A stretch of DNA of 64,000 nucleotides from Bacteroidales bacterium (lineage in GTDB: Bacteria; Bacteroidota; Bacteroidia; Bacteroidales; UBA4417): NCBI GenBank assembly GCA_030654075.1, contig JAURYB010000091.1, positions 18,141 to 82,140 on the forward strand, written 5' to 3'. The notes below the pieces were generated by a model. That model was not told where the DNA came from, ran no database searches, and saw only the letters and a list, made by a program, of their open reading frames with translations. Positions 1-10,037 of this stretch are shown here, piece by piece; the stretch's first letter is position 1; every line of letters starts with the position of its first letter. The translations under genes and the position numbers were made by a program.

Positions 1-255
1 CTTGTTGAATATCCAAGCGCAATGGCACAAGGTTTCTGGACGGCAATTTATGCCTTTACCGTATGCCTGATACTCACCATAATTCTTTCGTTTTCGACAA
101 AACAATTGAAATCGGATGAAGACCTTACCGGACTGGTTTATTCGCTTACCCCTAAAACGAAAGACGAACCCGGAATTCCGTGGTACGACAAGCCGGTCGT
201 ATTGGCTGTAATCGTTGGTGCAATTAGTATAATAATAACAATAATAATCTGGTAG
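1..255 (+). CDS. sodium:solute symporter (SSF) family transporter, C-terminal fragment (5' end outside window)
   Basis: Frame is open from base 1 (LVEYPSA precedes the tracked Met at 22). It shows a terminal TM helix, a hydrophilic loop (PKTKDEPGIPWYDKP) and a last TM helix, as in SGLT/SSF C-termini. Stop TAG is at 253-255. Confidence 0.55.
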   Translation, partial: LVEYPSAMAQGFWTAIYAFTVCLILTIILSFSTKQLKSDEDLTGLVYSLTPKTKDEPGIPWYDKPVVLAVIVGAISIIITIIIW

Positions 256-259
256 GAGG
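254..259 (+). promoter_or_regulatory. Shine-Dalgarno-like AGGAGG overlapping the stop codon of the upstream transporter gene
   Basis: AGGAGG lies 7 nt upstream of the ATG at 267. Almost every other start in the window lacks any SD. Confidence 0.5.
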
Positions 260-266
260 TTTAATT

Positions 267-473
267 ATGGATATGGATATTCGGATTCCCATTGGACTGC
301 TGTTTGCAATCCTCGGTTTTATACTTGTTGCATTCGGGCTTTTTACAATGAACGATACTGAATTGTACGCGCGTTGCCTGGGCAGGAACATCAATCTATG
401 GACCGGTCTTTTAATGATGCTGTTTGGCGGATTGATGCTGTTTTTCTCGCTGAGAAAAAAGAAAACGGTCTGA
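267..473 (+). CDS. small two-TM membrane protein, probably translationally coupled to the SSF transporter
   Basis: 68 aa with two hydrophobic helices and a basic tail (RKKKTV). It starts 11 nt after the upstream stop and has an SD. Confidence 0.55.
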   Translation: MDMDIRIPIGLLFAILGFILVAFGLFTMNDTELYARCLGRNINLWTGLLMMLFGGLMLFFSLRKKKTV

Positions 474-564
474 TTCAGAAAAACGAAAAAACGTTGAAGT
501 GCTTTAATGTACGGGAAAACAGATCTTTTTATACTTAAACTTCATTTAGAGTGTATTGTAGCCT

Positions 565-599
565 TCAAAAAGAAAAGGATACTAAGCAGAATCCTTTTC
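565..599 (-). terminator. rho-independent terminator overlapping the stop codon of the 582-1235 gene
   Basis: 9-bp stem GAAAAGGAT (572-580) pairs with ATCCTTTTC (591-599). On the minus strand it is followed by TTTTT. Confidence 0.6.
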
Positions 600-1235
600 T
601 TTTTTAAACTCTTCTATTTCGTCCAGAAAAGCAATTGCTTTCTGTAATTTTTCAGCCCCAAAGAATTTGTCAGTGCGTTTCACCCAATTGCCCGACTTGC
701 TTTTAAGCGATAGCTTTCTGAACAGATAAATTGCAATCGCTGTGAATGAAGTGACAATTACAGCCTGAATTGTCCAGAAAATAAATCCTCCGTGCTGCAC
801 AAGCTCTTCGGTATACCACCATGTGCAATACAATGGCGTCTGAAGCAGAAGTACACGCCCTACCTGGACATAAGAAGTATACACCAAGGTCAGCTTTCGT
901 TGCGTTTCAATAATGCTTTCAGCTATATTGATAGAGCTCAGAATTATGATATGGCGGAAATAAAGGACTACGGCAAAAACATTGAAAAGCATGATCACTC
1001 CAACCGAAATGGTAAAGTAGGGATTATCCTTCGTATGGTAGACCAGGAATCCCAGTAACCAAACCCAGGCAACCCCCAGCAACATTACGAATATATGGCT
1101 CTTTTTAAAAGAGTTGATTTTTGATTCTGCCTTTATAGATTGAATGTCTTTGAGTTGTTGAAAATTTACTTCCAGCAAGCGATCCAGTTTTCTATCGTAC
1201 GATTGCCATGCATTTTTTAAATCCAGTTCGTTCAT
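582..1235 (-). CDS. membrane protein co-transcribed with an ECF sigma factor (possible anti-sigma-like partner, no zf-HC2 motif seen)
   Basis: 217 aa. Start lies 4 nt after the sigma gene stop. Cytoplasmic coiled N-terminus followed by about 4 TM helices. Confidence 0.55.
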   Translation of the reverse strand: MNELDLKNAWQSYDRKLDRLLEVNFQQLKDIQSIKAESKINSFKKSHIFVMLLGVAWVWLLGFLVYHTKDNPYFTISVGVIMLFNVFAVVLYFRHIIILSSINIAESIIETQRKLTLVYTSYVQVGRVLLLQTPLYCTWWYTEELVQHGGFIFWTIQAVIVTSFTAIAIYLFRKLSLKSKSGNWVKRTDKFFGAEKLQKAIAFLDEIEEFKKEKDSA

Positions 1236-1239
1236 AATT

Positions 1240-1743
1240 TTATCCGTTTAAAAGTGAGAATTTAATTTTTAATTTTTCCTTGATACGCCCGATTTTGGTC
1301 GCCACATTTGTTTCGGTAATACCCAGCACCTCTGCCATTTCCTTATGGGTTTTATTATCCAGGTACAGGAGCATTAATGCTTTATTCAATTCGTCCAGCT
1401 CATTAATAAACTGATAAAGCAACTGCACATTTTCCTCCAGTTCGCCGGGCTCATCGTCAATAACCAGCGCTATTATATTATCTGTGAGAAGTGTAGCTAT
1501 TTCTTTTTTAGACTTCCTGTAAAAAGATATGGCCACATTTAGCGAAATCCGGTACATCCATGTTGAATGCTCATACGCTTCGTTATAGTTTTCGAATGAT
1601 TTCCACAACTGGATAATGATTTCCTGAACAAGGTCGTTCCTGCTTTCACTGTTTTTGCAATACGAGTTCGCAACCTTATAAATTATTCCTTTGTTGGCAT
1701 TGATAACCGATAGAAACAGTTCCGATTTATCCATTGTTTTCAT
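1240..1743 (-). CDS. RNA polymerase ECF-type sigma-70 family factor
   Basis: 167 aa. Region 2-like segment (DLVQEIIIQLWKSFENY...STWMYRISLN) and region 4 HTH (HKEMAEVLGITETNVATKIGRIKEKL). Confidence 0.85.
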   Translation of the reverse strand: MKTMDKSELFLSVINANKGIIYKVANSYCKNSESRNDLVQEIIIQLWKSFENYNEAYEHSTWMYRISLNVAISFYRKSKKEIATLLTDNIIALVIDDEPGELEENVQLLYQFINELDELNKALMLLYLDNKTHKEMAEVLGITETNVATKIGRIKEKLKIKFSLLNG

Positions 1744-1928
1744 TTGTGTTTTGGTTCGGTTTTACGAGATTGAAAGATTATGGCTGTTTCTTCAGATGCC
1801 TGCTTTTTAACTGTCTGGTCTGAAACGCCGAAATAGTGATTTCTGGCTATGGGAATGCCAAAAACACTTGTCGGTAGTTTTGATACCGCAAAAGAAAGGA
1901 TTGAAAAATTCGTGTTTTTGATTTCCAT
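1740..1928 (-). CDS. hypothetical small ORF overlapping the sigma factor start (ATGA overlap)
   Basis: 62-aa ORF whose TGA shares ATGA with the sigma start codon. No recognisable motif or TM segment. Confidence 0.2.
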   Translation of the reverse strand: MEIKNTNFSILSFAVSKLPTSVFGIPIARNHYFGVSDQTVKKQASEETAIIFQSRKTEPKHK

Positions 1929-2183
1929 CTCTTCAAATTATTCAGGATCAGAATTTCACTGTTTCCTAATTATTCGCATAGGTGTTGGAAATATCACAGC
2001 TTGATTGAAAATATATTTTTTCAAACTGTCGGATAAATTCATTTTCAGGGAAATACAAACAAGGACCTATGCCCTGTTTATCCGGGAAAATCAAAAATTT
2101 TAGGGCAGGCTTTTAATGCTTTGACGCTCCATTTACAGTTGATATTCCTCACTTATTTTGTTCGACCGCGAAGGGGGTTTGTA

Positions 2184-2669
2184 TTATTCAATTTCGCGGG
2201 GCTCCCATAGCTCAACTTTGTTTCCTTCAATATCAAGGATGTGGACAAATTTTCCATAGCTGTAGGTTTCTATTTTATCAACAATCCTCACTCCTTCTTT
2301 TTCAAGTTGTTCAACCAGCGCTACCAGGTTTTCGACCCGGTAATTGATCATGAAGGTCTGCTTTGAAGGTCCAAAATATTTTGTCGAGTCTGAAAAAGGA
2401 CTCCATTGCGTAAATCCTTTTTTTGTGCTGTCCGTAGCCAGGCGCCATTCAAAACTTGCCCCGTACTCGTCGGTTTGCAAACCCAGGTGAGTTTTATACC
2501 ATTCTTTTACTTTATCCGGGTTTTTACTCTTAAAAAAGATACCACCAATACCCGTGACTCTTTTCATTTTAACCTGGCTGCCCGATTGCTTTATAAGGAC
2601 TGTCTTAAAAGCGAAACCAAAACTGAATGATATTGCGATGGCAAAAATCACCAAGAATGTATTTTTCAT
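2184..2669 (-). CDS. VOC (glyoxalase/bleomycin-resistance/dioxygenase) family protein with N-terminal signal/anchor
   Basis: 161 aa. Hydrophobic N-terminus, then GIGGIFFKSKNPDKVKEWYKTHLGL and HILDIEGNKVELWEP, typical of a VOC fold. Confidence 0.7.
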   Translation of the reverse strand: MKNTFLVIFAIAISFSFGFAFKTVLIKQSGSQVKMKRVTGIGGIFFKSKNPDKVKEWYKTHLGLQTDEYGASFEWRLATDSTKKGFTQWSPFSDSTKYFGPSKQTFMINYRVENLVALVEQLEKEGVRIVDKIETYSYGKFVHILDIEGNKVELWEPREIE

Positions 2670-2830
2670 ATTTGAAACGGTTTATTGTTAGGAAAAATAA
2701 TCATGACCGGCCATGTATTTCAGGCGGGTGGATAAGCCAAATGTACTAATCTTTTAATAGTATTTTCCCAGCTGACTTCACGCTGCATGAAAGTACTTAA
2801 ATGCCATAATCCGGAAACAGGTATCATATG

Positions 2831-3382
2831 CTATTGCTTTTCCTGGAGCTTATTCCATATCTCCCGCACATTTTCCTCATTTCTATTATATTCAACCCGA
2901 GTATTTTTTTCATACACTTCCCAGCTAGGCAGAATATTAATTTTACCTGAGTCAGGATATTCTGTAATATCCATTCCAACAGTTGTCCTTATGTCGAGAT
3001 AAGCACATGGAGAATGGGTGTGGTTATAAAACTGATGCGCACTCGTTTCGCCAATTTCGAAGAAAACCAGTTCTCCCGTATTCACAATTTGAAACCCATC
3101 AACTGAACGTAATGTCATACCTCCCGAAATTATCATAATAAGCTCTTCAGCATTCCGGTGAAAATGATAGGGGAACGAAAATTTTCCAGGATCAAGCTGG
3201 CGGATATCGAAAACAAGGTGTTTTGATTCGGATATAGCCCCAAGGCGCGGAATAAGGGTTTTTAACCCAAAATCTTCTAAGGATGAACTATCGGTTCTGA
3301 ATTCAAAATTCTCAGGCTTGATAATGGTTGGCATTGTTTTTTGGATTAGAGATGAATAAATAGGGATACGATTGAAAAGCAT
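2831..3382 (-). CDS. cupin domain-containing protein
   Basis: 183 aa. Cupin motifs PYHFHRNAEELIMIISG and GELVFFEIGETSAHQFYN. Confidence 0.7.
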   Translation of the reverse strand: MLFNRIPIYSSLIQKTMPTIIKPENFEFRTDSSSLEDFGLKTLIPRLGAISESKHLVFDIRQLDPGKFSFPYHFHRNAEELIMIISGGMTLRSVDGFQIVNTGELVFFEIGETSAHQFYNHTHSPCAYLDIRTTVGMDITEYPDSGKINILPSWEVYEKNTRVEYNRNEENVREIWNKLQEKQ

Positions 3383-3502
3383 GATACTGGTTCAGACTGC
3401 TGTATGGCAAGTTTGAACACGTTTAAACAAATGAGTTATAAAAGAGTTTAACTTACTAATCAATAACTTTCCAGGCAGCAGGAATAGAATTTACCACTTT
3501 TT

Positions 3503-3510
3503 GGGGGGGG
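3503..3510. repeat. G8 homopolymer tract in the intergenic region upstream of the cupin gene
   Basis: ttGGGGGGGGaa read directly. It lies about 120 nt upstream of the start codon at 3382. Confidence 0.9.
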
Positions 3511-3610
3511 AATAGCTGTGCCGGCTGCATTTCAGGTATGAAATTGCAGAATTGATATTGGGGTAAAAAAGAAAATGAGTGGCTTATTTCTTTTTAATAA
3601 AAGACTTCCT

Positions 3611-4285
3611 TTATTTTATTTGAGCAGCCTTTTCAGCCCCAAACAAATCATGTGGTTTTTTGCTGAACGTGCCATTAAATAAAAAAACAGTAAGCGTAAT
3701 GTAGCCAATGAAACCTACGACAATAAGTATCTGAAACCAGGATGTTTTTTGAATATCCTGCTTTGATTTCATATCACAAACTTCACCTGGGCAATACTGA
3801 GCTTTTTCTTTATAAACCAGGGAATAAAATTTGCATCCCAGGCAAATACCAAAAGCAGATTCAAAGAGTAGGAATACAAGGCAAATCAAGCAGATAAGAC
3901 CCGTAATAGCGCTATAGGAATTCATCAAAACCACAAGTACGAACATGGTAGTTGCCAAAACCAAGCCTATTATCCAGGCAAACTTTTTTTGTTTGGCACC
4001 TACATATTCCGGAACCTGGTTCCTGACAATTAAACGCCCTGCTATTAATGAAGGAGAAAATTTAGGGTTAATAAAAACACGTATCAGGAGATCTGTAAGG
4101 AATATGATAACGGCATACTTCAGCATCAGGAAATCTCCTTTTAATGCTGCTAAAAATATGGAGACAAACATCATTACAAACAGTATTCCGGCTGCCGCCC
4201 TTATTTCACGTTCGTTTAATACCGGAATAGTGTAGCCATCCACATCTTCTCCAAATTTTATCATTATATTTTCTTTTTGCATCAT
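3611..4285 (-). CDS. DUF4395-like integral membrane protein
   Basis: 224 aa. N-terminal DGYTIPVLNEREIRAAAGILFV followed by several TM helices and a CxxC..C cluster, recalled as DUF4395-like. Confidence 0.55.
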   Translation of the reverse strand: MMQKENIMIKFGEDVDGYTIPVLNEREIRAAAGILFVMMFVSIFLAALKGDFLMLKYAVIIFLTDLLIRVFINPKFSPSLIAGRLIVRNQVPEYVGAKQKKFAWIIGLVLATTMFVLVVLMNSYSAITGLICLICLVFLLFESAFGICLGCKFYSLVYKEKAQYCPGEVCDMKSKQDIQKTSWFQILIVVGFIGYITLTVFLFNGTFSKKPHDLFGAEKAAQIK

Positions 4286-4349
4286 TTTCTTTTTTGATTT
4301 CTGATTATGAGAACCGGGTATAATTAGTATAAACCTTTGTGCAAAGATA

Positions 4350-4712
4350 TTATTTCCCCAGTTTCTGGATCGCCAAATCTATATTATCTGTGAAAAGCAC
4401 ATAATTCGACTTATTGCTTTCAAATATAAAATCCTGCAAACTCTGGCTTTGGTATTTGGTGAAATCACCGACAATTGCCAGTTTTACCCTGTAATTTGAA
4501 AATTTCTGCAAAATTTCTCCGGCCAGCCTGGTTTTCAGGTCAAAGAAATCAGCGTGTAGGTTTCGTTCGTGAATAATTATCCGCTCGCAATCCCGGGACA
4601 TTAGATCACCGAATATATCCAGAACATCCTGGGGCCGGGTAACCAGAAAGAACTCGTCAGCTAGTTCGGCAATTGAGATTTGGGGTGTTGGGTGGAGGTA
4701 GTTAATTTGCAT
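4350..4712 (-). CDS. DUF4180-like protein
   Basis: 120 aa. ERIIIHERNLHADFFDLKTRLAGEILQKFSNYRVKLAIVGDF resembles the DUF4180 family. Confidence 0.55.
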   Translation of the reverse strand: MQINYLHPTPQISIAELADEFFLVTRPQDVLDIFGDLMSRDCERIIIHERNLHADFFDLKTRLAGEILQKFSNYRVKLAIVGDFTKYQSQSLQDFIFESNKSNYVLFTDNIDLAIQKLGK

Positions 4713-4925
4713 ATTGATGGTTTGATTTACAGTTACTACTCACGGTATCGGCAAATGATAAGTATAGTTCAGCGCTATCGAAATGAGCACTTAAAATTAA
4801 GTATTCTTTCTTTCCGAAGAACTAAACCGCTATGGATTAAAAATTCATAGGCTTTTTGAAAAAATGCCAGAGAATACAGCTAATTAAATAATTATTTTTT
4901 TTAAATCATATTTACTTTTTTTACA

Positions 4926-4933
4926 TAAATTTG
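4926..4933 (+). promoter_or_regulatory. Bacteroidota -7 promoter box TAAATTTG
   Basis: Exact TAnnTTTG match, 63 nt upstream of the ATG at 4996. Confidence 0.5.
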
Positions 4934-4995
4934 TATATGAATTATATCCAAAGACCATTTCCAGTTCACTTAACCATTCACCTAAACTAATTAAA

Positions 4996-7569
4996 ATGAA
5001 AGTAAAATTCTACATTTCAGTTTTATCGCTGTCAGTTTTATTGTGGACAGCTAATGCTTTTTCGCAGGTTGTGAAGCCCGAAAAAGTTATTCAATCAATA
5101 GGTTTTGATATTTCTAAAAAGCTCAGCGATGTTAAGTCCAAAGCACCCGGCTACGTCGACCAAACCTGGAAAGAAAAAGTGATTCCCAACAAAGATGGAT
5201 TCCTTGAGGAATTTAACAAGGACGCTACTCTGAAAGGTCCGGACCCGATGTTACAAGGTAATCGCCTGAAAGCCAGTAGTGCAAGTGCTACTGTAGGCAA
5301 AAATTTTGCCGGCCAGGATAATGTCAGCGGTGTGGCTCCTCCTGACACCCAGGGTGATGTAAGCCCATTGTATTATTTACAAATGGTAAACCTGTCATTC
5401 CAGATCTGGGACAAAAACGGAAATACACTTCTGGGTCCCTTACCAAGCAGTGCTCTTTGGGATGGATTTACAGGGGCATGGACCGGCACCAACGACGGCG
5501 ACCCCATAGTGCTTTATGATCAGGCTGCCGACAGGTGGATAGCAACACAGTTTTCACTTCCAAACTATCCCAGCGGTCCGTTTTATGAACTGGTAGCTGT
5601 TTCAACAACCAATGACCCAACCGGTTCCTGGTACCGATATGCATTTGAGTTTGCAAATATGCCTGACTATCCTAAGTTTGGTGTTTGGTCTGATGGTTAT
5701 TACTTAACCATAAATCAGTTCGCATCGCGTACCATGAGATTTCAGGGAGCTGCTGTTTGTGTTCTCGATCGTGCGGCTATGATCAGTGGCAGTTCAACTG
5801 CTAAAATGTTGTTTTTCAACCTGGGCACAACCTACGGGAGCTTGCTTCCCGCTGATGCAGACGGATCTGTAATGCCACCTGCCGGTAGTCCCAATTACCT
5901 TGCTGACCTCAGTACCAATTCCCTTCATATCTGGCAAGCTAAAATTGATTGGAATACCACTACTAATTCATCTGTTACTTTAGTTAATACTCTCGCTACC
6001 CAACCCTATTCCTATAGCGGAATTACAATTAGCCAACCCGGCACAACACAAACACTCGATGCATTAGCTACCCGATTAATGTACCGCCTGCAGTACCGGA
6101 ATTTTGGCACCTACCAGGTGATGCTTACCAACCATTCCGTAAATGCTGATGGAACCGGACGAGCTGGCGTACGCTGGTACGAGCTAAGAAATTCAGGCAC
6201 TGGATGGTCCATTTACCAGCAGGGAACCTATGCCCCAGCTGATGGTAACAGCAGATGGATGGGTAGTGTTGCCATGAACGGTAACGGAGATATTGGATTA
6301 GGTTATTCCGTTTCGAGCACTACAACTTATCCCTCGATCCGTTTTACGGGTCAAACTGCTGCAAGTTCAGGCACTGGGGTGTTGGATGTTACTGAAACAA
6401 CCATAAAAGCTGGTGCGTTATCGCAAACCGGTGTTAACCGCTGGGGGGATTACTCTATGATGTCAGTTGATCCAACAGATGATGCAACATTCTGGTACAC
6501 CAGCGAATATTCTGGTGGCGGATGGGACTGGAAAACACAAATCGCCTCCTTTAATTTCGGAGCATCGGTAGTTATTGCCCCGGTTGCCGACTTTGCAGCA
6601 ACTCCATTAACGGTAACCACAGGCCAACAGGTTAGCTTCACGGATCTTTCCAGCAATAATCCAACATCGTGGTCTTGGGTGTTTACCGGTGCTACTCCTT
6701 CTACCAGTACCGAAAAGAACCCGGTTGTCACCTATTCTGCTGCCGGGACATATTCAGTAAGTCTCACAGCCACAAATAGTGCCGGTAGCAATACGATTAC
6801 AAAAACGGGTTACATTACCGTAACAACTTCTTCCATTAGTTATTGTGTTTCCAAAGGTAGCAATACGGCATATGAATGGATAAATTCTGTAACACTGGGT
6901 TCCTATACAAATCTTTCTGGTTCAAATACTGGTTATGGCAACTTTATTTCAACAGTAATTCCGTTAATAAGTGGCAGCTCTACTACCCTTACATTAAGTC
7001 CCGGATTTTCCGGAAAGACGAGATCAGAATATTGGAAGGTATGGATCGATTACAATAAGGATGGAGATTTTCTTGATGCCGGTGAAAATGTTTACACAGC
7101 TAATCGACTGAAAGTCTCAGTTTCAGGGACTATAGTTGTACCCGCTGGATTAACCGGAGATACGAGGATGCGTATCGCCATGAAGTATGCAGTAGCACCA
7201 ACATCCTGTGAACTGTTCACCTATGGCGAGGTGGAAGATTATACAGTTTCGTTCTCAACAGCTATAAGTGCTCCGGTTGCTAATTTACCAGGAAATGCCG
7301 TTAATGCAGCTGCTTCTGCTTCGAAAGTAAACAATCTCAAGCTTGAAATTTACCCTAACCCTGCCTCAGATCTGCTTAATGTGGTGGTAACCGGCGCTGA
7401 AGAAACCATTAATATCAAGGTTTACAATGCCTTAGGCCAAATTATAGATGATTTTAATGTTACCGATAGCCAGGCAACAATAAACCTTAGTAAGTATAAT
7501 AAAGGTATATTTTACCTTGGTGTTGATGACGGTATTCATAATGCTTTGAAGAAATTCATCAAGGAATAA
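4996..7569 (+). CDS. secreted multidomain T9SS cargo protein (N-terminal propeller-like region, PKD domain, GEVED domain, T9SS C-terminal sorting domain)
   Basis: 857 aa. Signal peptide; PKD-like segment (VADFAATP...SFTDLS...WSWVF...YSVSLTATNSAGS); GEVED motif YGEVEDYTV; C-terminal LEIYPNPASDLLNV...GIFYL sorting domain. Confidence 0.85.
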   Translation: MKVKFYISVLSLSVLLWTANAFSQVVKPEKVIQSIGFDISKKLSDVKSKAPGYVDQTWKEKVIPNKDGFLEEFNKDATLKGPDPMLQGNRLKASSASATVGKNFAGQDNVSGVAPPDTQGDVSPLYYLQMVNLSFQIWDKNGNTLLGPLPSSALWDGFTGAWTGTNDGDPIVLYDQAADRWIATQFSLPNYPSGPFYELVAVSTTNDPTGSWYRYAFEFANMPDYPKFGVWSDGYYLTINQFASRTMRFQGAAVCVLDRAAMISGSSTAKMLFFNLGTTYGSLLPADADGSVMPPAGSPNYLADLSTNSLHIWQAKIDWNTTTNSSVTLVNTLATQPYSYSGITISQPGTTQTLDALATRLMYRLQYRNFGTYQVMLTNHSVNADGTGRAGVRWYELRNSGTGWSIYQQGTYAPADGNSRWMGSVAMNGNGDIGLGYSVSSTTTYPSIRFTGQTAASSGTGVLDVTETTIKAGALSQTGVNRWGDYSMMSVDPTDDATFWYTSEYSGGGWDWKTQIASFNFGASVVIAPVADFAATPLTVTTGQQVSFTDLSSNNPTSWSWVFTGATPSTSTEKNPVVTYSAAGTYSVSLTATNSAGSNTITKTGYITVTTSSISYCVSKGSNTAYEWINSVTLGSYTNLSGSNTGYGNFISTVIPLISGSSTTLTLSPGFSGKTRSEYWKVWIDYNKDGDFLDAGENVYTANRLKVSVSGTIVVPAGLTGDTRMRIAMKYAVAPTSCELFTYGEVEDYTVSFSTAISAPVANLPGNAVNAAASASKVNNLKLEIYPNPASDLLNVVVTGAEETINIKVYNALGQIIDDFNVTDSQATINLSKYNKGIFYLGVDDGIHNALKKFIKE

Positions 7570-7594
7570 ATGGATTTCTGTATTGATAATAGAA

Positions 7595-7632
7595 AAACAA
7601 GCCCGTGAACTCGTTCTCGGGCTTGTTTTTTA
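7595..7632 (+). terminator. rho-independent terminator of the T9SS cargo gene
   Basis: ACAAGCCCG ... CGGGCTTGT stem followed by TTTTTT. Confidence 0.75.
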
Positions 7633-7859
7633 TTTATGAAAGGTTTTTTCGTAACCTATTAATTAAGCTAATGCATAGATAAACAGTCATATATCACAGG
7701 CCTTTGGCTAAAATGTGTTTTAATCAGACTGATTAGTTACAAATCCAATTGTGTATTTTTGTAAAAAAGCCAATAGCAAGATTTGTTGTGTTAGACAAGA
7801 GATAATTTAAATTGCTGGCTGGTTCTGTTGAGCCGCCAAACTAAACCTGATTTTCGCAA

Positions 7860-7997
7860 ATGACACTTTTTCTGATTCTTACAACGACAGTAATAGTGGT
7901 GGTTTCCATCATTTTTCCCATTTACACTTCGGTAAATTCAGGGGCTTCGAAATTTGAGCGGTGGTTCGAAAAGATTTTTGACAATAAGCATGATTGA
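7860..7997 (+). CDS. candidate 45-aa single-TM peptide (below the ORF-track cutoff)
   Basis: ATG at 7860, TGA at 7995-7997. MTLFLILTTTVIVVVSIIFPIY... is hydrophobic with a charged tail. No other support. Confidence 0.2.
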   Translation: MTLFLILTTTVIVVVSIIFPIYTSVNSGASKFERWFEKIFDNKHD

Positions 7998-8092
7998 ATG
8001 CCAAGGATAAGAAATCTGCCTTTTCCACATATTAATGGTTAACTTTGTTAGACAACGATTGCCGAATTCCATAGATATACCATACAACGATT

Positions 8093-8995
8093 ATGAATAA
8101 AATAAACCTCACCGATAATTTTGGTTTGTCACGTATCATACACGGACAAATGAGAATGGGCGACTGGAAAATGTCCAGCAACGAATTATCCGCATTTATG
8201 GAAGAATTGGTCGAACTGGGAGTAACTTCTTTCGATCATGCCGATATTTATGGAAATTATTCCTGTGAAGCCATGCTGGGCAATGTTTTGAATATAAATA
8301 AAAGCCTGCGAAACAAGATAGAAATCATCACGAAATGCGGTATAATGCTGGTTTCGGATAAATTTCCCGAAAGGAAGATCAAGTATTATGATTACAGTTT
8401 TGAACACATTGTAACTTCTGTTAACAATTCGCTGAAAAACCTTGGTACGGATCACATCGACCTTTTGCTGTTGCACCGGCCGGCTCCTTTTTTCGATCCC
8501 GCTGTTGTTGCCGAAGCAATATTTAAGCTGAAAAAGGACGGGAAAGTTCTGTGTTTCGGAGTTTCAAACTTTACGCCGGGACAATATGAAATGCTCAGTA
8601 AATTTTCCGGCGAAAAACTGGTAACAAACCAGGTTGAGATTTCACCATACTGCCTTGAGCATTTTGAAAACGGGAATATAGATTTCTTTCTGAAGGAAAA
8701 TATTAAACCCATGGCATGGTCACCATTAGCCGCCGGTAAAATTCTCAATCCACACGATGACAAAGGGCCGCGTATATTGCGAGCTATCATGCAGGTAGCT
8801 GAAGAACTGAATATCGCCCCGGTTGATAAAGTGATTTATGCCTGGCTACTCAAGCATCCTGCTACAATTATGCCTGTTGTGGGCACAGGGAAGATTGAAC
8901 GTATTAAATCCGCGGTTGAAGCACTTGATATTGAAATGAGCCTTGAGCAATGGTATAAAATCTATATCGCTGTTTTGGGTAAAGAACTGCCGTAA
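8093..8995 (+). CDS. aldo/keto reductase family oxidoreductase (YdhF-like)
   Basis: 300 aa. FDHADIYG, HIDLLLLHRP and GVSNF motifs of the AKR superfamily. Confidence 0.85.
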   Translation: MNKINLTDNFGLSRIIHGQMRMGDWKMSSNELSAFMEELVELGVTSFDHADIYGNYSCEAMLGNVLNINKSLRNKIEIITKCGIMLVSDKFPERKIKYYDYSFEHIVTSVNNSLKNLGTDHIDLLLLHRPAPFFDPAVVAEAIFKLKKDGKVLCFGVSNFTPGQYEMLSKFSGEKLVTNQVEISPYCLEHFENGNIDFFLKENIKPMAWSPLAAGKILNPHDDKGPRILRAIMQVAEELNIAPVDKVIYAWLLKHPATIMPVVGTGKIERIKSAVEALDIEMSLEQWYKIYIAVLGKELP

Positions 8996-9062
8996 GTTGA
9001 AACGATCTGATAAAAATCACCTTCGGTTGTAAGGCCAGCACTTTTCAAGACCCGGATGAATC

Positions 9063-10037
9063 CTATTTGAAAATAGCACTTTTCTTGTCAAGCAGGTATA
9101 GATCTTCATCTGCTAGGCGGAAGTTCATTGTACCCGTATTATGAGTAGCATGTGATTCCTTAGTTGCGCCAGGGATAGCAAACACGGTTTCACCATGGAA
9201 ATTAATCAGCCAGTTAAGTGCAACCTGCGAAGTGGAAACATTATACTTGATAGCAAGTTCCTCGATATTCTTTATCAGCGGTCTGCTTTTTTCGAGGCCG
9301 GCGGTCTTAAATTGTGAACTGTATTTACGCATGCCAATATTTTTCAATAGCTCCGGGTTTTCGTGGAATTTCCCGGTAACAAGTCCCTGCGCCAAAGGAG
9401 AGTAAGCAATGATTGAAATGCCAAGTTCTTTGGCCGTTTGCATAATTCCGTTGGATTCTATTTTCCGGTCGAGGAGGTTGTATCTCACCTGGTTTGAAAC
9501 AAGCTGAATACCTTGTTTTTGCAAGGCTTCCCAGGCGGATCTCATTTTAGCAGCCGAAAAATTACTGACGCCGACATAGCGTATTTTGTTCGCTTTTACC
9601 AGCTTTGCCATGGCATCCATTTCGGATTTTACGGTTGAGAATCCCCAGGGCTGGTGAACCTGGTACAGATCAATAGGGAAAGGAGAAAGTGCTTCAATTC
9701 GCTGATCAATTGTTTTAAGGATACTTGAAGCGGTGCGGAACATCGGCCACCATTTGGTAGCGATCATAATTTCGCCTGGCTTTTTCCCAATGTCGGTGAG
9801 CGCTTTCGAAAGAGCCTTCTCCGAGGCTCCGTTGCCATAGATTTCAGCTGTATCAAACCAGTTGATTCCGCCTTCGAGGCTGGTTTTTACAATCTGATTG
9901 ATGAGATCATCCTCCAGTTTTGGCCAGAATTTTCCCGCCATATTTAGTTGCTTGCTGAATTGCCAGCAGCCAAGACCAATAGGAGTGATCATCAGATCTG
10001 ATTTTCCAAGGGATCGGAGGGGAGAGATGTATTTCAT
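9063..10037 (-). CDS. aldo/keto reductase family oxidoreductase
   Basis: 324 aa. GLGCWQF, FDTAEIYGNG, IDLYQVHQP and YVGVSNF motifs. Confidence 0.85.
   Translation of the reverse strand: MKYISPLRSLGKSDLMITPIGLGCWQFSKQLNMAGKFWPKLEDDLINQIVKTSLEGGINWFDTAEIYGNGASEKALSKALTDIGKKPGEIMIATKWWPMFRTASSILKTIDQRIEALSPFPIDLYQVHQPWGFSTVKSEMDAMAKLVKANKIRYVGVSNFSAAKMRSAWEALQKQGIQLVSNQVRYNLLDRKIESNGIMQTAKELGISIIAYSPLAQGLVTGKFHENPELLKNIGMRKYSSQFKTAGLEKSRPLIKNIEELAIKYNVSTSQVALNWLINFHGETVFAIPGATKESHATHNTGTMNFRLADEDLYLLDKKSAIFK

Noticed and set aside
7941-7965. GGTGGTTCGAAAA, resembling a tRNA T-arm
   Set aside because: No acceptor, D or anticodon stems can be drawn around it. It lies inside a possible small ORF. 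No tRNA gene was found anywhere in the window.
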